64,000 nucleotides of DNA, taken from NCBI GenBank assembly GCA_001662655.1, contig KV460214.1; one strand, written 5' to 3'. The stretch's first letter is position 1; each line of letters starts with the position of its first letter. Of the stretch, positions 37,685 to 51,437 are shown piece after piece. Origin of the DNA: Pseudogymnoascus verrucosus. Lineage: Eukaryota. The position numbers were made by a program, and so were the translations under genes. The notes under the pieces were generated by a model. It ran no database searches, had not been told where the DNA came from, and was given only the letters and a program-made list of their open reading frames with translations.

Positions 37685-38055
37685 AGTAGGATGTGATCAG
37701 AGATCTGAGTGGTCACATTGGAGGTTAATGATTTGATTGAGAAACTATGGGGAGCAGGGCTCTATGTATATTTATGAATTGATTGTAAACTACACCGCAC
37801 ACCATACTGAGTTGATGGAAATGTGATTCGAGCAGCTTTTAATAAACTCCACAACCAACGCTATCCAGAGCCTCTACTGTAATAACTAGACTTCAATCTC
37901 GTGCTTCCTGCCCTGTCAAGCTGTTCACGGTCAACATCATAAAATGTCGACAGGATGATGCGTATGATAGTGCTATGCAGCAGACGGTAGTTCCAAGTCC
38001 TCTCCCTATTTGATCATTAGCCTTCATCTTTGGGCCCAAGAGAGGCTCAAACATA

Positions 38056-38842
<787 letters not shown>

Positions 38843-38936
38843 TCAGTGTCTTGCGGTTGATGATGATCACCTCTATGAGCAGCATCGTGCTTTATATACT
38901 GGATATCGGACATCCCATCTATTACCCAGATATAAC

Positions 38937-39131
38937 GGCTAATAACGAATAATTAGCGCTCCTTGGGTTGACTCTGGGATAATAGAGTTGCCCAGCTTTT
39001 TCTTTATGCCGCCATATAATACCACCAAGATCGAGAACATGCCCATACGACAACGCAAGTAACCACGATAACTTTCGTTCGCCGAGGCTTATCCTCCCCG
39101 TTTTATGTCTTGGCTCGGAGCATCAGGCTAA
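38937..39131. promoter_or_regulatory. Candidate XlnR/Xyr1 sites upstream of the xylanase
   Basis: GGCTAA at 38937..38942 and 39126..39131; TATATAAA on the minus strand near 38891. Confidence 0.5.
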
Positions 39132-40808
39132 ATAAAAGGTCTGTTTGTGGGGGTGGAGGGTGTCACGCGTAGACTATTGTTTATTTCCCCACGATATGAA
39201 GGACTGATTGAAAGTATGTGCGTATCAGGGATGCCTGAACGCTAGCAGTAGATATCACGAACTGTCGAATAAAAGAAGTTTCCAGAATGCGGGGTTAGGC
39301 ATGGGATGCTGAAACTTAATCTAAGGCACTGCCCAGAACATCGGCACTTATACTCCAGTGTAATAAGATCGGTATACCCCAAGGTAGCTCAACTATCTTC
39401 TGATTGACATTAACCACATCCAATCGGGTCGTGCCTAAGGTCGTACGGATATCAGTACTCATTTAGGCTCGATAGGCGGCACTTCAGAATGTTAAGAGCA
39501 ATATACTTTGTACTTGTAGTATATCACTTCCCCGTCAATTGGTATTAACCACCAGCCGGCAATCGCCTCGTTGCGCCCGAGTGAGCGGCCTGGGCCTCAT
39601 GGATGTTCGGTAGGTGTTAACGGGATTTGAAGAGCAATGAAGTGTGAAGTAGATCACACCTTCCATATATATTAATTGCTTTTAGCCGTAACTAATAAAG
39701 TTGTGCCTGAGTGAACAAATCGAACCTCGGTAGCGACGCATTTAACCGGCAGTGAGATCCCATCATCAGGATTTACTGCCTGGGTTTGGCAATACTCGAG
39801 TGGTAACTGTTTTCACAGGAAGAAACATCGTGAGGGCTTCAATATTTTAGAGGACTATTCCCGAAGATACCAGGACTTACTTCGGTGGTTTAGATCGGAC
39901 AATTCGAAGTTAGATACGGCCACCACAAGCATACAACCCTCACGTATAGCCATAGACCCAAGAGAACTGGGCGTCCCATTCGCTCTGCCATACACAAGCT
40001 TGAAATCAATTGCCTTTTACTCTCAATCATGCTAATGGGCATGGCATACGTCCTTCTTCCCTTGTGATTCGATACCTATCTCAGTCGCAGACGGGAAACG
40101 GATCACAGAATACACAAGTTGCCAGAGGGAACAAGAGAAAGACAGGGATTTGTACTCTGACGGCGGTGTGTCGCTGGTGTGTCGCTGACTTGATTGGAGA
40201 ATAGACAGTGGTTGATAAAGCAAATAAGGCGTAGAATGGGCGTTAGGAGTGATGCAAGTGACGGGGATGATGAGAGTCGTCGTACTTCGGATCTGATAAC
40301 TATTATATGTCACTTTACATATAAATTACTGTGTAGAGGTACTTATCAGCGCCATGTGTAGTGGAACACAGCTCCCATTCGCGGCACTCGGCAGGGTAGA
40401 CTAACTCTAAAGTTCGCGACAGTCCCTAAAAAGCTTGTCCCCCGCAGCGATCCGGAGATTAGACGTACTAAGTATGCACAACATCAACACAGGACTGGAA
40501 GGCCGACATATTCAAGTTTCTTCTTCAAGGCGCTACTAATGTTCGATGCCAGAACAGTCCCTCACCGTCCCTCAGCCCTGCATCGCGTGTGCCATTCAGA
40601 TCATACTGTTGGATAAGATCATGGGACAGCCCGACGATCAGTCCATCACGGGCATTTAGAAACCGCGGGGGTTGGCAGTTCGCCGGTCATGTTGCTATAT
40701 CAAGGGTGTCTCTGGAAGCTATAAAGAAGCTTGAATCAGCCAAGAATGAGACGTAATAAAAAAGTCCTAAGCTCTTCTCCAAATCTTTAAGACAATCCAT
40801 CATTCACC

Positions 40809-41444
40809 ATGCAACTCCTCAACTACCTTCCACTTCTTCTGGTCCCGGCCGTGGCCGCTAAGAGCACCGTGTACCTGATTCGTCACGGTGAGAAGCCTTC
40901 CAGTGGCAACGGCCTCAATGCCCAAGGTCTCCAGCGTGCCCAGTGCCTGCGTAACGTGTTCGGAAGCTCATCTTCCTACAACATCGGTTACATCATGGCT
41001 ATGACCCCAGACTCTGGTATGCTTCCCATACTGCCTAAGAAATGATTGTACGTATTTCAGCAGTACTAATGAATCCTCAGATGGGTCCCGCGCTCGCCCG
41101 CTCGCAACTGTCCAGCCCCTTGCTACCGACCTTGGTATCACCGTTGACACCTCCTGCGACCGTGACGACCAGAAGTGCGTCGCCAAGGTTGTGAATAACT
41201 ACACTGGTAGTGGAAATATTCTTATCTGCTGGGAGCACGATGCCCTGACCGATATTGTGGATGCCCTGGGTGACAGCAATGCCCCCAGCTACCCAAGTGC
41301 TTCGTAAGTTTCTCTATTGCGCTTTGGCACTCTTATGAGCATAATTCTTACATGCGGAATAGGTTCAACCTGATCTGGACCGACCCTTCCCCGTACTCTG
41401 CCATTACTGCTACTACCTCTGAGAACTGCCCTGGACTTGATTAG
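40809..41444 (+). CDS. Secreted histidine-phosphatase (phosphoglycerate mutase-like) family protein
   Basis: Signal peptide, VYLIRHGEKP, RPLATVQPLA and ILICWEH. Two introns (about 41017..41080 and about 41304..41362). Confidence 0.85.
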
Positions 41445-42070
41445 ACAGAGTGAATGATGGGTTGTTGAGCGTTGATCGCTCGGGAAAATGGATCACTTTT
41501 AGTTACCTTTACATATAAAATTATACATATGCACTAAATCGTTGTAACCACTTTTCCCTTTGCTCCAGGTTGGAGTAGGCTGGGCAGCCTATTTGGAACC
41601 GATGTGCGTCACAGGTCTCCCGCCCTCCAACACCTCCGAACCGGACCGGCGAAATCCAGATTACCGAGAAGGATTCCCGCGTGGCCCAAGGATGGTTGGG
41701 AGGAGGCCCACAACAGGACGCGGTGGGCTTCCTTTGATTACACCTAATTCTGTGCCGTTTTGGGGGTGTGTTGGTGGATAGTGCCCACGACGTTTCTAGA
41801 AAAGGTGTATATAGTAACAAAATTATATAGATGTGTACATGACATGAATACCAAGGCCACGAAGAAAATGCACGCACTCAGGCCATTAGCTGACACCGGT
41901 GGGCAGTAACCATCTACCAAACGCCAGCTATGCTCATCAGTATCATACAACACACCTCTCTCCTTTATCCGCCAGCGGCCACTCAAACAAAGGTATAAAA
42001 AGTCTCTAGAAACAACACTAAAGCCAACACAGTCGACTATAACATTATTCTCCAACAAACGCATCACCCC

Positions 42071-44258
42071 CTACGCACCACCACTCCCACTCCCATTCCC
42101 CGGCCTACCCCCATCCAACAGCAACTTTGGCTTAATAAAGCCCTCATCTAGCTGCTTAAACCATGCTGCATGATCTTCCGATGTCCCGCTTAGCAAGCTA
42201 CTCATAGCCGCACCTGCACCCGTGACGGTGTTGCCTAGCCCCGCCACAAACCCGGCGCTCGGCGTCCGCTCTGCTGCCACCCCGCTCGTAGGATAGATCT
42301 CTGGATTAAGAAGCCCCAAACCCTCCGACGTGCTCGACGAGCCTTCCGGCCGCGCCGCCCGTCGCGCCGCCGGAGGAAGATCCGAGTCACTCTCCTCGTC
42401 ATCGGACAGAGGGGCGCGCAACAGTTCCTGGTCAGAGCCGTGGCGCCCGATACTGCCACCTAAGGCGGAGTTGGTCCTGCTGAGGCTCTGCTCACGGGCA
42501 GCCGGGCTCGAGTTACCGGACGCGTAGATGCGCCTCGTGGCACCGTTCGTGGGGCGACCGACGTTGTCGAGCTGCACGCTGGAGCGGCGCTTGGGGAAGT
42601 TCCCGATGGCGCTGCCACCGCTGCGGGCAAAATAGGGCCCGGAAGCGCCAGTGACGGCCTCGATGTCAAATTCATCATCACTGTCAATCTCCTCCACGAC
42701 GCCGGTGCGGATGCCGAGGATCTCGAGCATGCGCGCTGTGGTGCCGCCGAAAATGATCACGGTTAGGACGACAACGACGAGGACGGTGGCTTTGAGGGCG
42801 AATGCGTTTTCGCCCTCAAGACCAGCAGCGAGGGCGACGCCGACGGCGCCGCGGAGACCAGCCCAGAAGAGCATGGCTTGGTAGTTGTAGGGTAGCTCAT
42901 CGGGTGCGTCCATTCTGCCGCGGCGACGGGCTCGGTAGCGGATGAACCAATTGATGAGCCTTGATAGCGGAAAGACAGCGGCCCATCGCGCGACGCAGAT
43001 GCCAAAGACCGTGACAATGATAAAGAGGGGCTTAAACTGCAGTGAGGGTTCCGTAAATAGGGTAATGCCGAGATAGATGAAGATAAAATTCTCTGACAAT
43101 TGTGCCAGCACAGAAAAGATATACTTGGTGCTGAGCTGCGTGCGGCGCGACATATTGTAGTAGGCATAGTGCTTTAGAGTGATGCCACAGAACAACAGAC
43201 TCACGATGCCTCGACGGTGTTAGCAATAATCTAGTATACCGATATAGAGGCGACTTACCAGACATATGGAGGCCATTGGAAAGGAAGTAGCTCGCATAGG
43301 CGATCAGAAAAATTAAGCAAGACTCAATCTTGGGGAAGCGCCGCACGTAGGTATGCTTCAGGACCAGAGCAGTAGCAACCCCAATGAGAACCCCTATTAC
43401 GAGGCTGCCAAAGAAAACGGCCAAGAAAATTCCAATACCCTCGATGATACTGAGGGGTCCCAAAGCAACCTTTTGGCCGACCTCCTGATACTTCTGAGCT
43501 GTCTCAAACAAGACAATTGCAATTGCATCGTTCAATATGGACTCGCCAAAAATGATGGTATAAAGTTTCGGATCAACTTTGTAGGTGTTGAAGATGGCAA
43601 GGATAGTGACTGGATCAGTGGCAGATAGTGTAGCTCCGACAGATATGGCCTCCAGGAAGGTGATATCAAAGCCCTCTAATGGTATCCTGGTATATAGCCA
43701 GAGAATTGACCCAAGAACAACGGCTGAGATGAAGGTCCCAGCAAATGCAAAAGTTAAGATGGTGCCTATATTCCGGAAGAAGTTGGCTTGGTGTAGCTCA
43801 TACCCTGATGCAAGGATAATAGGCGGCAGGAGCAGGTTGAAAAACAACAGGTAATCGAAGGTAACAAGGTTCTGTATCGATGTCCCGGTGGTGATTCTCA
43901 GGATCAACCCCACAGTCATTCCACCAAAAATCGATATGACAGTTTCGTGTACGGCTTGCACCTTTCGGGTTTGAAGCAGGTATGACGTAAACAAGGCGAT
44001 GATGAGGAGGCTTATGAGGATGAAGAGGGCCCATGACATAGATATCTCCCTTTGGGAAGGATCGCGTCCTATAGTAATAGGTTAGGCAGAAATTCGTGAA
44101 GCGGACAAAGACACGTAACCAACCTTCTCCATCGTCGTCTCCATCATTCCGGCTCTCTGTGAGGAAGCATCATCAGCATGGGAATACAGCATGTCATATA
44201 CATTGGTAATCATACTGAGTAGGCCATGTATCAGATAGCTCGCAGCGGCGGCAACCAT
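42071..44258 (-). CDS. NHX1: Endosomal Na+/H+ exchanger Nhx1 (CPA1 family)
   Basis: FFNLLLPPII, SATDPV, IFGESILNDA and WAGLRGAV. Intron near 43211..43258 plus small 5' exons. The ATG at 44258 is inferred. Confidence 0.9.
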
Positions 44259-45238
44259 GCTTGGCAGTCTTGGGATGTAAATATATGCCTCCGCGGTGGA
44301 CGGACCTTAGGCGACTCGAAGGTCCCCTATTGAGCAAGAACTTGCGGCTCGTGGGGTGACGATAGCGTCGCTCAACGGTGAGCCGAGAATGGTAAGAGAA
44401 AGCACCATATATATCCTAGGATGAATGGGCTTGAGAAAGTCGAAGATGAGGTCTTCACGATATCCCTTGGGGTTGCAGATGGAATTGTACAGATTGCGAC
44501 AGCTCCAAGGTCGGCATTATTATGCTCCGAAGGCACTAGTGGCTGGGGGGGTTAGTAGCCGCCAATCGGCTTGCGTTAACCGCTAACCGCTAGCCGCTGG
44601 CAACTCCACTGCACAGTTGGTCTCTATCGCGCGGCCGTATTGAACCTGAATGACGATGATAGGCGATGGTCGTCATGCGCCCTTGAGTTCCATCGCGTCG
44701 CAGAGCACATACTCTTATGTTTGCTTTCTTCCTCCTCTCCTTCATACTGTAGCCGCGTACTGTATAAAGTCATACCCGTCATTCAGCGCATACTTGAAAT
44801 AGAATTTACGCCTTTGCATGTACATACTGTCGCTGGCTCGGTCACACCCACATCCGAGACATCTCAGCCCAAGCTATCCAAGCTGTCCAGGCTGCCCTCG
44901 TGATGCCCTGAGCCCCCTCACCTCTGAACGCCAATAGTCAGCTCTGTTCAAGGTAATTAACTTCGACATTATATAGCCCGTTTGTACACGCTCTCCGCTT
45001 ACATTATTAGAAAACCTGTCGATCTAAACCCAAGGATCTGACCAGCTGGTGTTGTGTCCTCGACGACCCCGCCACGAGTAATGTCGCTTTAGACCATTCC
45101 CACGATTAACTCGAAATCTTATACATACTGTCCTCATAAAGTTTTGCGTTCAGTCTTCCGTGCGATATTACAGGCATACATAACCCAGGCTAGGGTCTAA
45201 ATATCGACACAGTGTCGGAGAATATACAGCTTGAGCAG

Positions 45239-47293
45239 ATGAGCTTGTCAGATGGGAAATCACCACCTCAAGGCAGAGAGAGAACAGACCCAGAACTGGC
45301 GTCCGGTTCAGAACGTAACAGTTCGGATGCTTTAGGGGTAGCCAACGGCTCGCCGCACAAGGTGTCACTTGATCAAGCCGGGAACCCAGCAAACGAACAG
45401 TCCCCTCTCCTCCGAGCCTCCCAGAGCGACGACGAAGGGGATGGCTTGCTGGATGATGGCACCGCCCTGGACCACCATGATGAGTACCAAGTAACCAAGA
45501 GCGTTTGGTACCTTATTATTCTAACGATAAGTCTTGGGGGATTACAGATAGCATGGTCTGTGGAATTATCAAACGGCTCGCCATACCTGCTGTCGCTTGG
45601 ACTGAGTAAGTCTTTGATGGCTTTGGTATGGATTGCTGGGCCACTGTCTGGAACTCTAGTTCAACCGTATGTTGGCGTTCGAAGTGATAACTGTAGGATT
45701 CCATGGGGCAAGCGAAAGCCGTTTATTCTTGGGGGAGCAGCAGCAACGATAGTTTCCCTTCTAGCCTTGGCCTGGACGAAAGAGGTAGTCAGTGGATTTC
45801 TAGGCATTTTCGGGGCCAAAAAGGACGACCCTGGTGTGAAAGTAACCACCATCGTCGTTGCTGTCCTTTTCGTCTACGTTTTGGACTTTGCTATCAATAC
45901 TAGTAAGCTATTATCGCTAATTCTACGCGGCGTTTCTAACATCTTGCAGTCCAAGCCGCGATTAGAGCTTTTATGGTCGATTGTGCCCCAACACATCAGC
46001 AAGGTATGGCTTCTTCGTATCTCGCCGGTTGTTGTTGCTAACCCAGCGACAGAGGCGGCAAACGCCATGGGAAGCCGAATGACTGGAATCGGAAACATAA
46101 TTGGGTATTGCTTTGGCTACATCAACCTCCCAAGGTATATGTGGTTCTTTGGAGATACCCAATTCAAGGTACTCTGCGTGATTGCGAGTATCTGCCTGTC
46201 GATTACTGTGGCGATTAGCCTCATCTTCATTAAAGAGAGAGACCCACGCGAAGAAGGTCCACCTCTTCGTGACAAGGGAGGAGTCGTTTCCTTCTTTAAG
46301 GGTGTCTTTAACTCGATCAAAAGCCTACCACCACAAACTCGCAAAGTCTGCGAGGTTCAGTTCTTTGCCTGGATCGGATGGTTTGGATTCCTATTCTACT
46401 TATCAACATGGGTGGCAGAACTCTATGTTGAGCCATTTGTCGAAGCCAACCCAGACCTAACCCCGGAAGAAATCGACCGCCTGTATGAGAAAGGCACTCG
46501 CATTGGCACGTTTGCACTTCTCGTATGGGCCAGCGTATCTTTGGCTGCTAATGTTCTCCTTCCGTTCTTCATTGCGCCAACCTACGATGCCCCGTTTGTC
46601 CCATCCGCCGGTCAAGTGACCCAAAGTATCCATTCACAAAGCTCATCGTCAAGCTACACGACCCGTTTCGACCGCTTCCTCGAACGCCTCGTCATTCCGT
46701 GGCTTTCGCTGCGCCGCGCGTGGACCATTAGCTTAATCATGTTTGGCCTCTGTATGTTCTCAACCCTCATAGTTCCCAACCCCACTATCGCCACCATAGT
46801 CGTCGGGATCGTGGGTATACCATGGGCTCTCACTATCTGGGCACCCTTCGCCATTATTTCAGCCGAAATCTCCAAGCGCGACGCTCTTCGCCGCGCACAG
46901 GCACTGAACGTAGCCTCGGGCGGCCGAGTTGATACACTATCCCGCGATGACAACGGCGACCAGGCAGGTGTCATCCTCGGCATCCACAACGTTTCTATCG
47001 CCGCGCCACAGGTCCTTGCCACGCTCGGCTCGTCCCTGATATTTAAGTTTCTCCAGAAGCCGCGAGGGACCCCGGGCGATATGAGTATGCCTGCGTCGCT
47101 AGCTGCTGGTGGTATTTTTGCGTTCATAGCGGCGTATATGGCAAGTAGACTTGCTGAAGATGGTCCCGTTGAGGGCCTGGAAGCTGCGAGAGTCTTGGCT
47201 GCGCGTAGCGGGGGGAGGAGGGAGACTAATGCGAGCCAGAATAGGAGGAGTTTGAGCCGAAGCCGAAGCTTTGAAACTGGCTTAACTTACTAG
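45239..47293 (+). CDS. Sucrose/alpha-glucoside transporter-like (GPH/MFS, Sut1-type)
   Basis: GGLQIAWSVE, WIAGPLSGTLVQPYVG...SD and GIHNVSIAAPQ. Introns 45903..45949 and 46004..46052. Confidence 0.85.
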   Translation: MSLSDGKSPPQGRERTDPELASGSERNSSDALGVANGSPHKVSLDQAGNPANEQSPLLRASQSDDEGDGLLDDGTALDHHDEYQVTKSVWYLIILTISLGGLQIAWSVELSNGSPYLLSLGLSKSLMALVWIAGPLSGTLVQPYVGVRSDNCRIPWGKRKPFILGGAAATIVSLLALAWTKEVVSGFLGIFGAKKDDPGVKVTTIVVAVLFVYVLDFAINTSKLLSLILRGVSNILQSKPRLELLWSIVPQHISKVWLLRISPVVVANPATEAANAMGSRMTGIGNIIGYCFGYINLPRYMWFFGDTQFKVLCVIASICLSITVAISLIFIKERDPREEGPPLRDKGGVVSFFKGVFNSIKSLPPQTRKVCEVQFFAWIGWFGFLFYLSTWVAELYVEPFVEANPDLTPEEIDRLYEKGTRIGTFALLVWASVSLAANVLLPFFIAPTYDAPFVPSAGQVTQSIHSQSSSSSYTTRFDRFLERLVIPWLSLRRAWTISLIMFGLCMFSTLIVPNPTIATIVVGIVGIPWALTIWAPFAIISAEISKRDALRRAQALNVASGGRVDTLSRDDNGDQAGVILGIHNVSIAAPQVLATLGSSLIFKFLQKPRGTPGDMSMPASLAAGGIFAFIAAYMASRLAEDGPVEGLEAARVLAARSGGRRETNASQNRRSLSRSRSFETGLTY

Positions 47294-48257
47294 GGGTTGC
47301 TTGACAACATTGTGCTGAGTTTTGTGGCAGAGAGCATTCATTGCAAGCCGGGTTTTACGGTGTGACGCACCAAATAGAGCACTGGGTCTATAATAGTCGA
47401 GCACAATTCCAAACTATCTATGAACCTACAAAGTTTTAGGCAATACAGTGGCTATTTAGAGTGTGTACCAGCATGCCTCGTCCTCTGCTTAATTGTGCAT
47501 TGACAGGTTACATTGCTATCAGGGACAGAGGTCCCTATGGCGGCGACAAAACGCAGGGCTAGGAGACTATACAGATATTTATCACCTACCCTGGCTATTT
47601 TTGTTACATTTCCGTCACAACACCAAACAGGAACTCCGGTCACATCTAAGCATGCCGCGCATCGCATCCAGGTGTTCGCCGCGTCGCTCGCCGCGTCGCT
47701 GCCCAATCATAAGTGGTGGCGGCATCGTCATTCGCACCAATACGAGCCACATCAACTCGCAACATCCGCCGTATTTAGCCACAATTGTAACACTATTCAT
47801 ATCCTTAGAATGGTCATACGAGCTTATCTAACTGTGGCTCCCGTGATCGTGGGTACTTAGAATTCCGCAATTCCCGCATTTATAGCCTGCGATATGCTTC
47901 ATAACAGAGAGGGAAGCAACGCTAACAGGCTCGTATTACCGTGACACATCGGCATCTATGTCGCCATGCCACTATTACGATTTGCCATAATGTCGCAATA
48001 TTAACTGAAGGGGCGTTACGAGATGTTTGTTCGTGTTCTAGCTAATTTAAGGTATCTGTCATGACTGTCTAGACGTGTGTGGTCGACTTATAAGTATCCG
48101 TTTTTCCTTCTGTTCTGTTGCTCATTCTCTATTGCTTTATCCACCTACGTTCGTTATCGCACTTACTGTCGTTCTCATACTGTCTCTTTCTCTTGCTCTG
48201 CTCCATAGTCGATACCCATTCCAATAAGCCGTTTATATATACACATATCCCGCAACG

Positions 48258-48880
48258 ATGCAGATCCTCGCACTCCTCCCTCTCGTGGCCATCGTCGCTG
48301 CCCACAACACCCCCGAGGAGCCAGTAGAAGGGACCGTTTCAACCATCTACACGAACCCAACACGGGTAGAGCAGTCAACCGTCTCAACAATCCTCACGAA
48401 CCCAACACGGGGACAGGAGGAGGCGACTGTTTCGACAATCCTCACAAACCCAACACGCAGTGCAGAGGAGTCGACCTACACGACCATATATACCAACCCA
48501 ACACGCAGCGCAGAGCCGTCAACCTACACGACCATCTACACCAACCCAACACGCGGACCAGAGGACGGGCTACAGACAACAGCCCTCACCAACCCATCCC
48601 AGCCACCACCAGGTAGCACTGGTAAGTCATTCCCCTTCTATTCCGAACGAAGCTAACTGTCAAAGTCACCGTATATGTCACCGCATGCCCCGTGTACCCA
48701 AACACCACCTTCACTCGTGGGCCCCCTGTGCCTCCCACTCCCAGTGGCGGCGGCCCAGGGACAACCTCTCCTCCGGGAACTGGTGGACCACACCCAAATG
48801 GAGCGGCCGCAGCGTCGTATATGGGCGCCAGCGTGATGGTCGGGTTGGCCGGTGTTGTCGTTCTTGCGGGCTTGTTGTAG
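48258..48880 (+). CDS. Secreted, probably GPI-anchored, Thr-rich tandem-repeat protein
   Basis: Signal peptide, six T-I/A-Y/L-T-N-P-T/S repeats, intron 48622..48665, and a C-terminal NGAAAAS followed by a hydrophobic tail. Confidence 0.8.
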
Positions 48881-49239
48881 ATTGATGTAAATCCAATGTG
48901 GATGGATAGATGTGGATTTATTATATGCTAAAGGCGGAGAAATGTTAATTGGATAACATTCTAAGGCGGAGGAACGTAGATAATACTATTATTAATTACA
49001 TTAACTTTTCGATACTTTTTTTACCCCATATACACTGCTGAAGCGTAATATAAAGACGCACACTACGTCGCCTGCAAAATTTGTGATAAGCAATTCCCCC
49101 AAGAAGGAGAGCCATTGTATATAATATGCGATTTACACATACAACTACAGACTCAAGCAAATTAGGCATCCCGTCCGCTCTGTCATAAACAAGCTTGTAA
49201 TTCAGTGGCTTAATACTATCAATCGTCCTAATAGACATA

Positions 49240-51437
49240 TGTTCCGGCCCAACCACGAATAAGTGGTATTCGCGAATAGGCTGGCCCAACCACGAATAGC
49301 TGCCTAACCACGAATAGCTGCCTAATACGCGGGGTAGTATTATAGGATATTGTAGATAGAATCATAACATTAACCTTTAACTATTAAAATGGATCCTACT
49401 ATTGCCTATATTAATCCATTCCCTCAAGATGTTCGCACGGCCTTTCAGACCTATATTCATAGCTTTAGCTATGTTAATAGAGAGCAGCTAGACTACCTAA
49501 AATATTAATAATTACCACTCTATCTTTAGAACCCACTACTAAAGCCTACAACTCAAGTAGAGTCACGACTAAAGCATAGAGCTCAAACAGAGTTTATGCT
49601 TATACATAATAAGCTCTACTGGAAGCCTAACTCTAAGTTCTAGAGCCTACGATCTGTCGTTCTAGAGAGTGATGCATTTGACACTATTGTTAATGAACAT
49701 CTACAGCTCTTACATGTAGGCCGGATAAAAACATGGACTATTCTACAATAGAAATACTATGGGCTAAAGCGAGAAGAAGTAGAGTTTATAGTAAAGCGAT
49801 GTAAAAATTGCACACTAAATCGACCTGCTACTACAAAAGCTCCTCTAGTTCCTATTACTATAGGCCGAGCATAGGAAAGGGTTTAAATTAACTTAATTGA
49901 TATGCGCCACGAGCCGTTAGGACGATATAAGTGGATTCTATATATAAAGGATCACTTCTTAAAATATACATAGCTATATCCATTAAAGAGCAAGCATGCA
50001 AAGCCGATTGCAGACTGCTTTGCTATCTTTATTGTAGCTTTCTTACCTCCTAAGATTATGCAAGCTGATAATGGGAAGGAATTTAAGGGGGCTCTACTTA
50101 TCCTACTACGAAAGTATAGAATTTAAGTAGTAAATAGAGCACCACGGTCACCTTAAACGCAAGGCCTAGTTGAGCAGGCAAATGGAATTGTAGAAGCAAA
50201 GCTCTAAGCATGGAAAATAGACCATGGGTCTACAGAGTGGAATGATGGGCTACTTAAGGTCACGCTTGCAATGAACACCCAAATCCACTCTACAATTGGG
50301 TGCGCACCAGCCGAGCTACTGTTCCGAGACAGGAACTCTCATATTGACTGGCTTAATAGCTAGGCCCAGAAGGACCTCTTAATTGGAGTTGAGTAGGAGG
50401 ACCCTAATATGGGACCAATTTTTGAGAGCTAGCTTGAGCCTGAAGCTCAAATTGACCCACAGCTTCAGCAAGAGCGAGAGCTCTCAATCAATTCTGAGCT
50501 GGCGCCCTCGATCAATTCTGAGCTACTGCTCTCGATCAATTCTGAGCTACTGCTCTCGCTCAATTCTGAGCTGGCGCCCTAGATCAATTCTGAGCTGGCG
50601 CCCTCGCTCAATTCTGAGCGAGTGCAAGAGCAGCTTCATTCTGAGCTCCGTCGTGGGACCCGGGTTCGGGTGCCAGCTCAGCCTAGGACTGAGCTTCGAG
50701 CTACACCTGACCCTATAATTGAGCAGGCTATAGCAGCTACTCAAAGAGCACGGGTTTCTATGGTACGCAAGTACACTAAGAAGCATGATATACAGCACTT
50801 TAAAGTAGGGGATATAGTCTCTATAAAGGTTCCACAGGAGGATAGAACCTCAACTGATAATAAGAGGCTCTTTGCACGCATTTTAAAAGAGCCTTACCCA
50901 CACTGGTATTAGGTTATAACAGCCTCTGGTATTATACAACGCCTTATACCTACAAAATCACTTGGTGTTGTAGAGCAGGCTCTATGGTCTGATATTCAAA
51001 TTCCTAATTCTACAAAGCAGGTAGGATTAGGGCTTGCAGCTAGAGAGGCTTCTACAAGTGTACGGGTAGGAATATCATGTCAATGCAAAGGGCAGTGTAG
51101 TACAAAGAGGTGCCGCTGTTATAAGGAGGTTAAGCAGTGTAGTGTTCACTGTCATAATGATGATCATAACTGTGGCAACTTATCAGGCCTAGCTACTCGT
51201 ACGGAATTAGCTTTAGTAGAAAAGCCAAAGCGGAAGCGGGCAAGAGCAGACACTATTGGCAATAGTGTTTAGATTATTAATTTATTCAATTTGCTATACT
51301 CTTTTACTATTTGTAGTTGGCCTATTCGTGGTTGGGCCAGCGTATTCGCGAAGGAACATATTCGTGGTTGGGCCGGCCCATTCGCGAATGGGCCAGCGTA
51401 TTCGCGAATACCACTTATTCGTGGTTGGGCCGGAACA
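49240..51437 (+). mobile_element. TIR DNA transposon with a retroviral-type (rve) integrase, Ginger-like; RIP-inactivated
   Basis: TGT...ACA ends with about 49-bp TIRs (one mismatch). Stop-riddled ORF 49389..51272 with an HHCC zinc motif, core segments IDMR...KDHF, QADNGKEF and QGLVEQAN, and a C-terminal CQC..C....CRC......CSVHCH cluster. Confidence 0.85.
50489..50620 (+). repeat. 24-bp coding tandem repeat inside the integrase ORF (5 full copies plus a partial one)
   Basis: CAATTCTGAGC recurs every 24 bp from 50489 to 50609 and encodes NSELAPSI/NSELLLSI-type units. Confidence 0.9.

Noticed and set aside
51317..51437. Spaced TATTCGTGGTTGGGCC repeats that look array-like
   Set aside because: They are explained as subterminal repeats of the transposon TIR and are mirrored at the left end.
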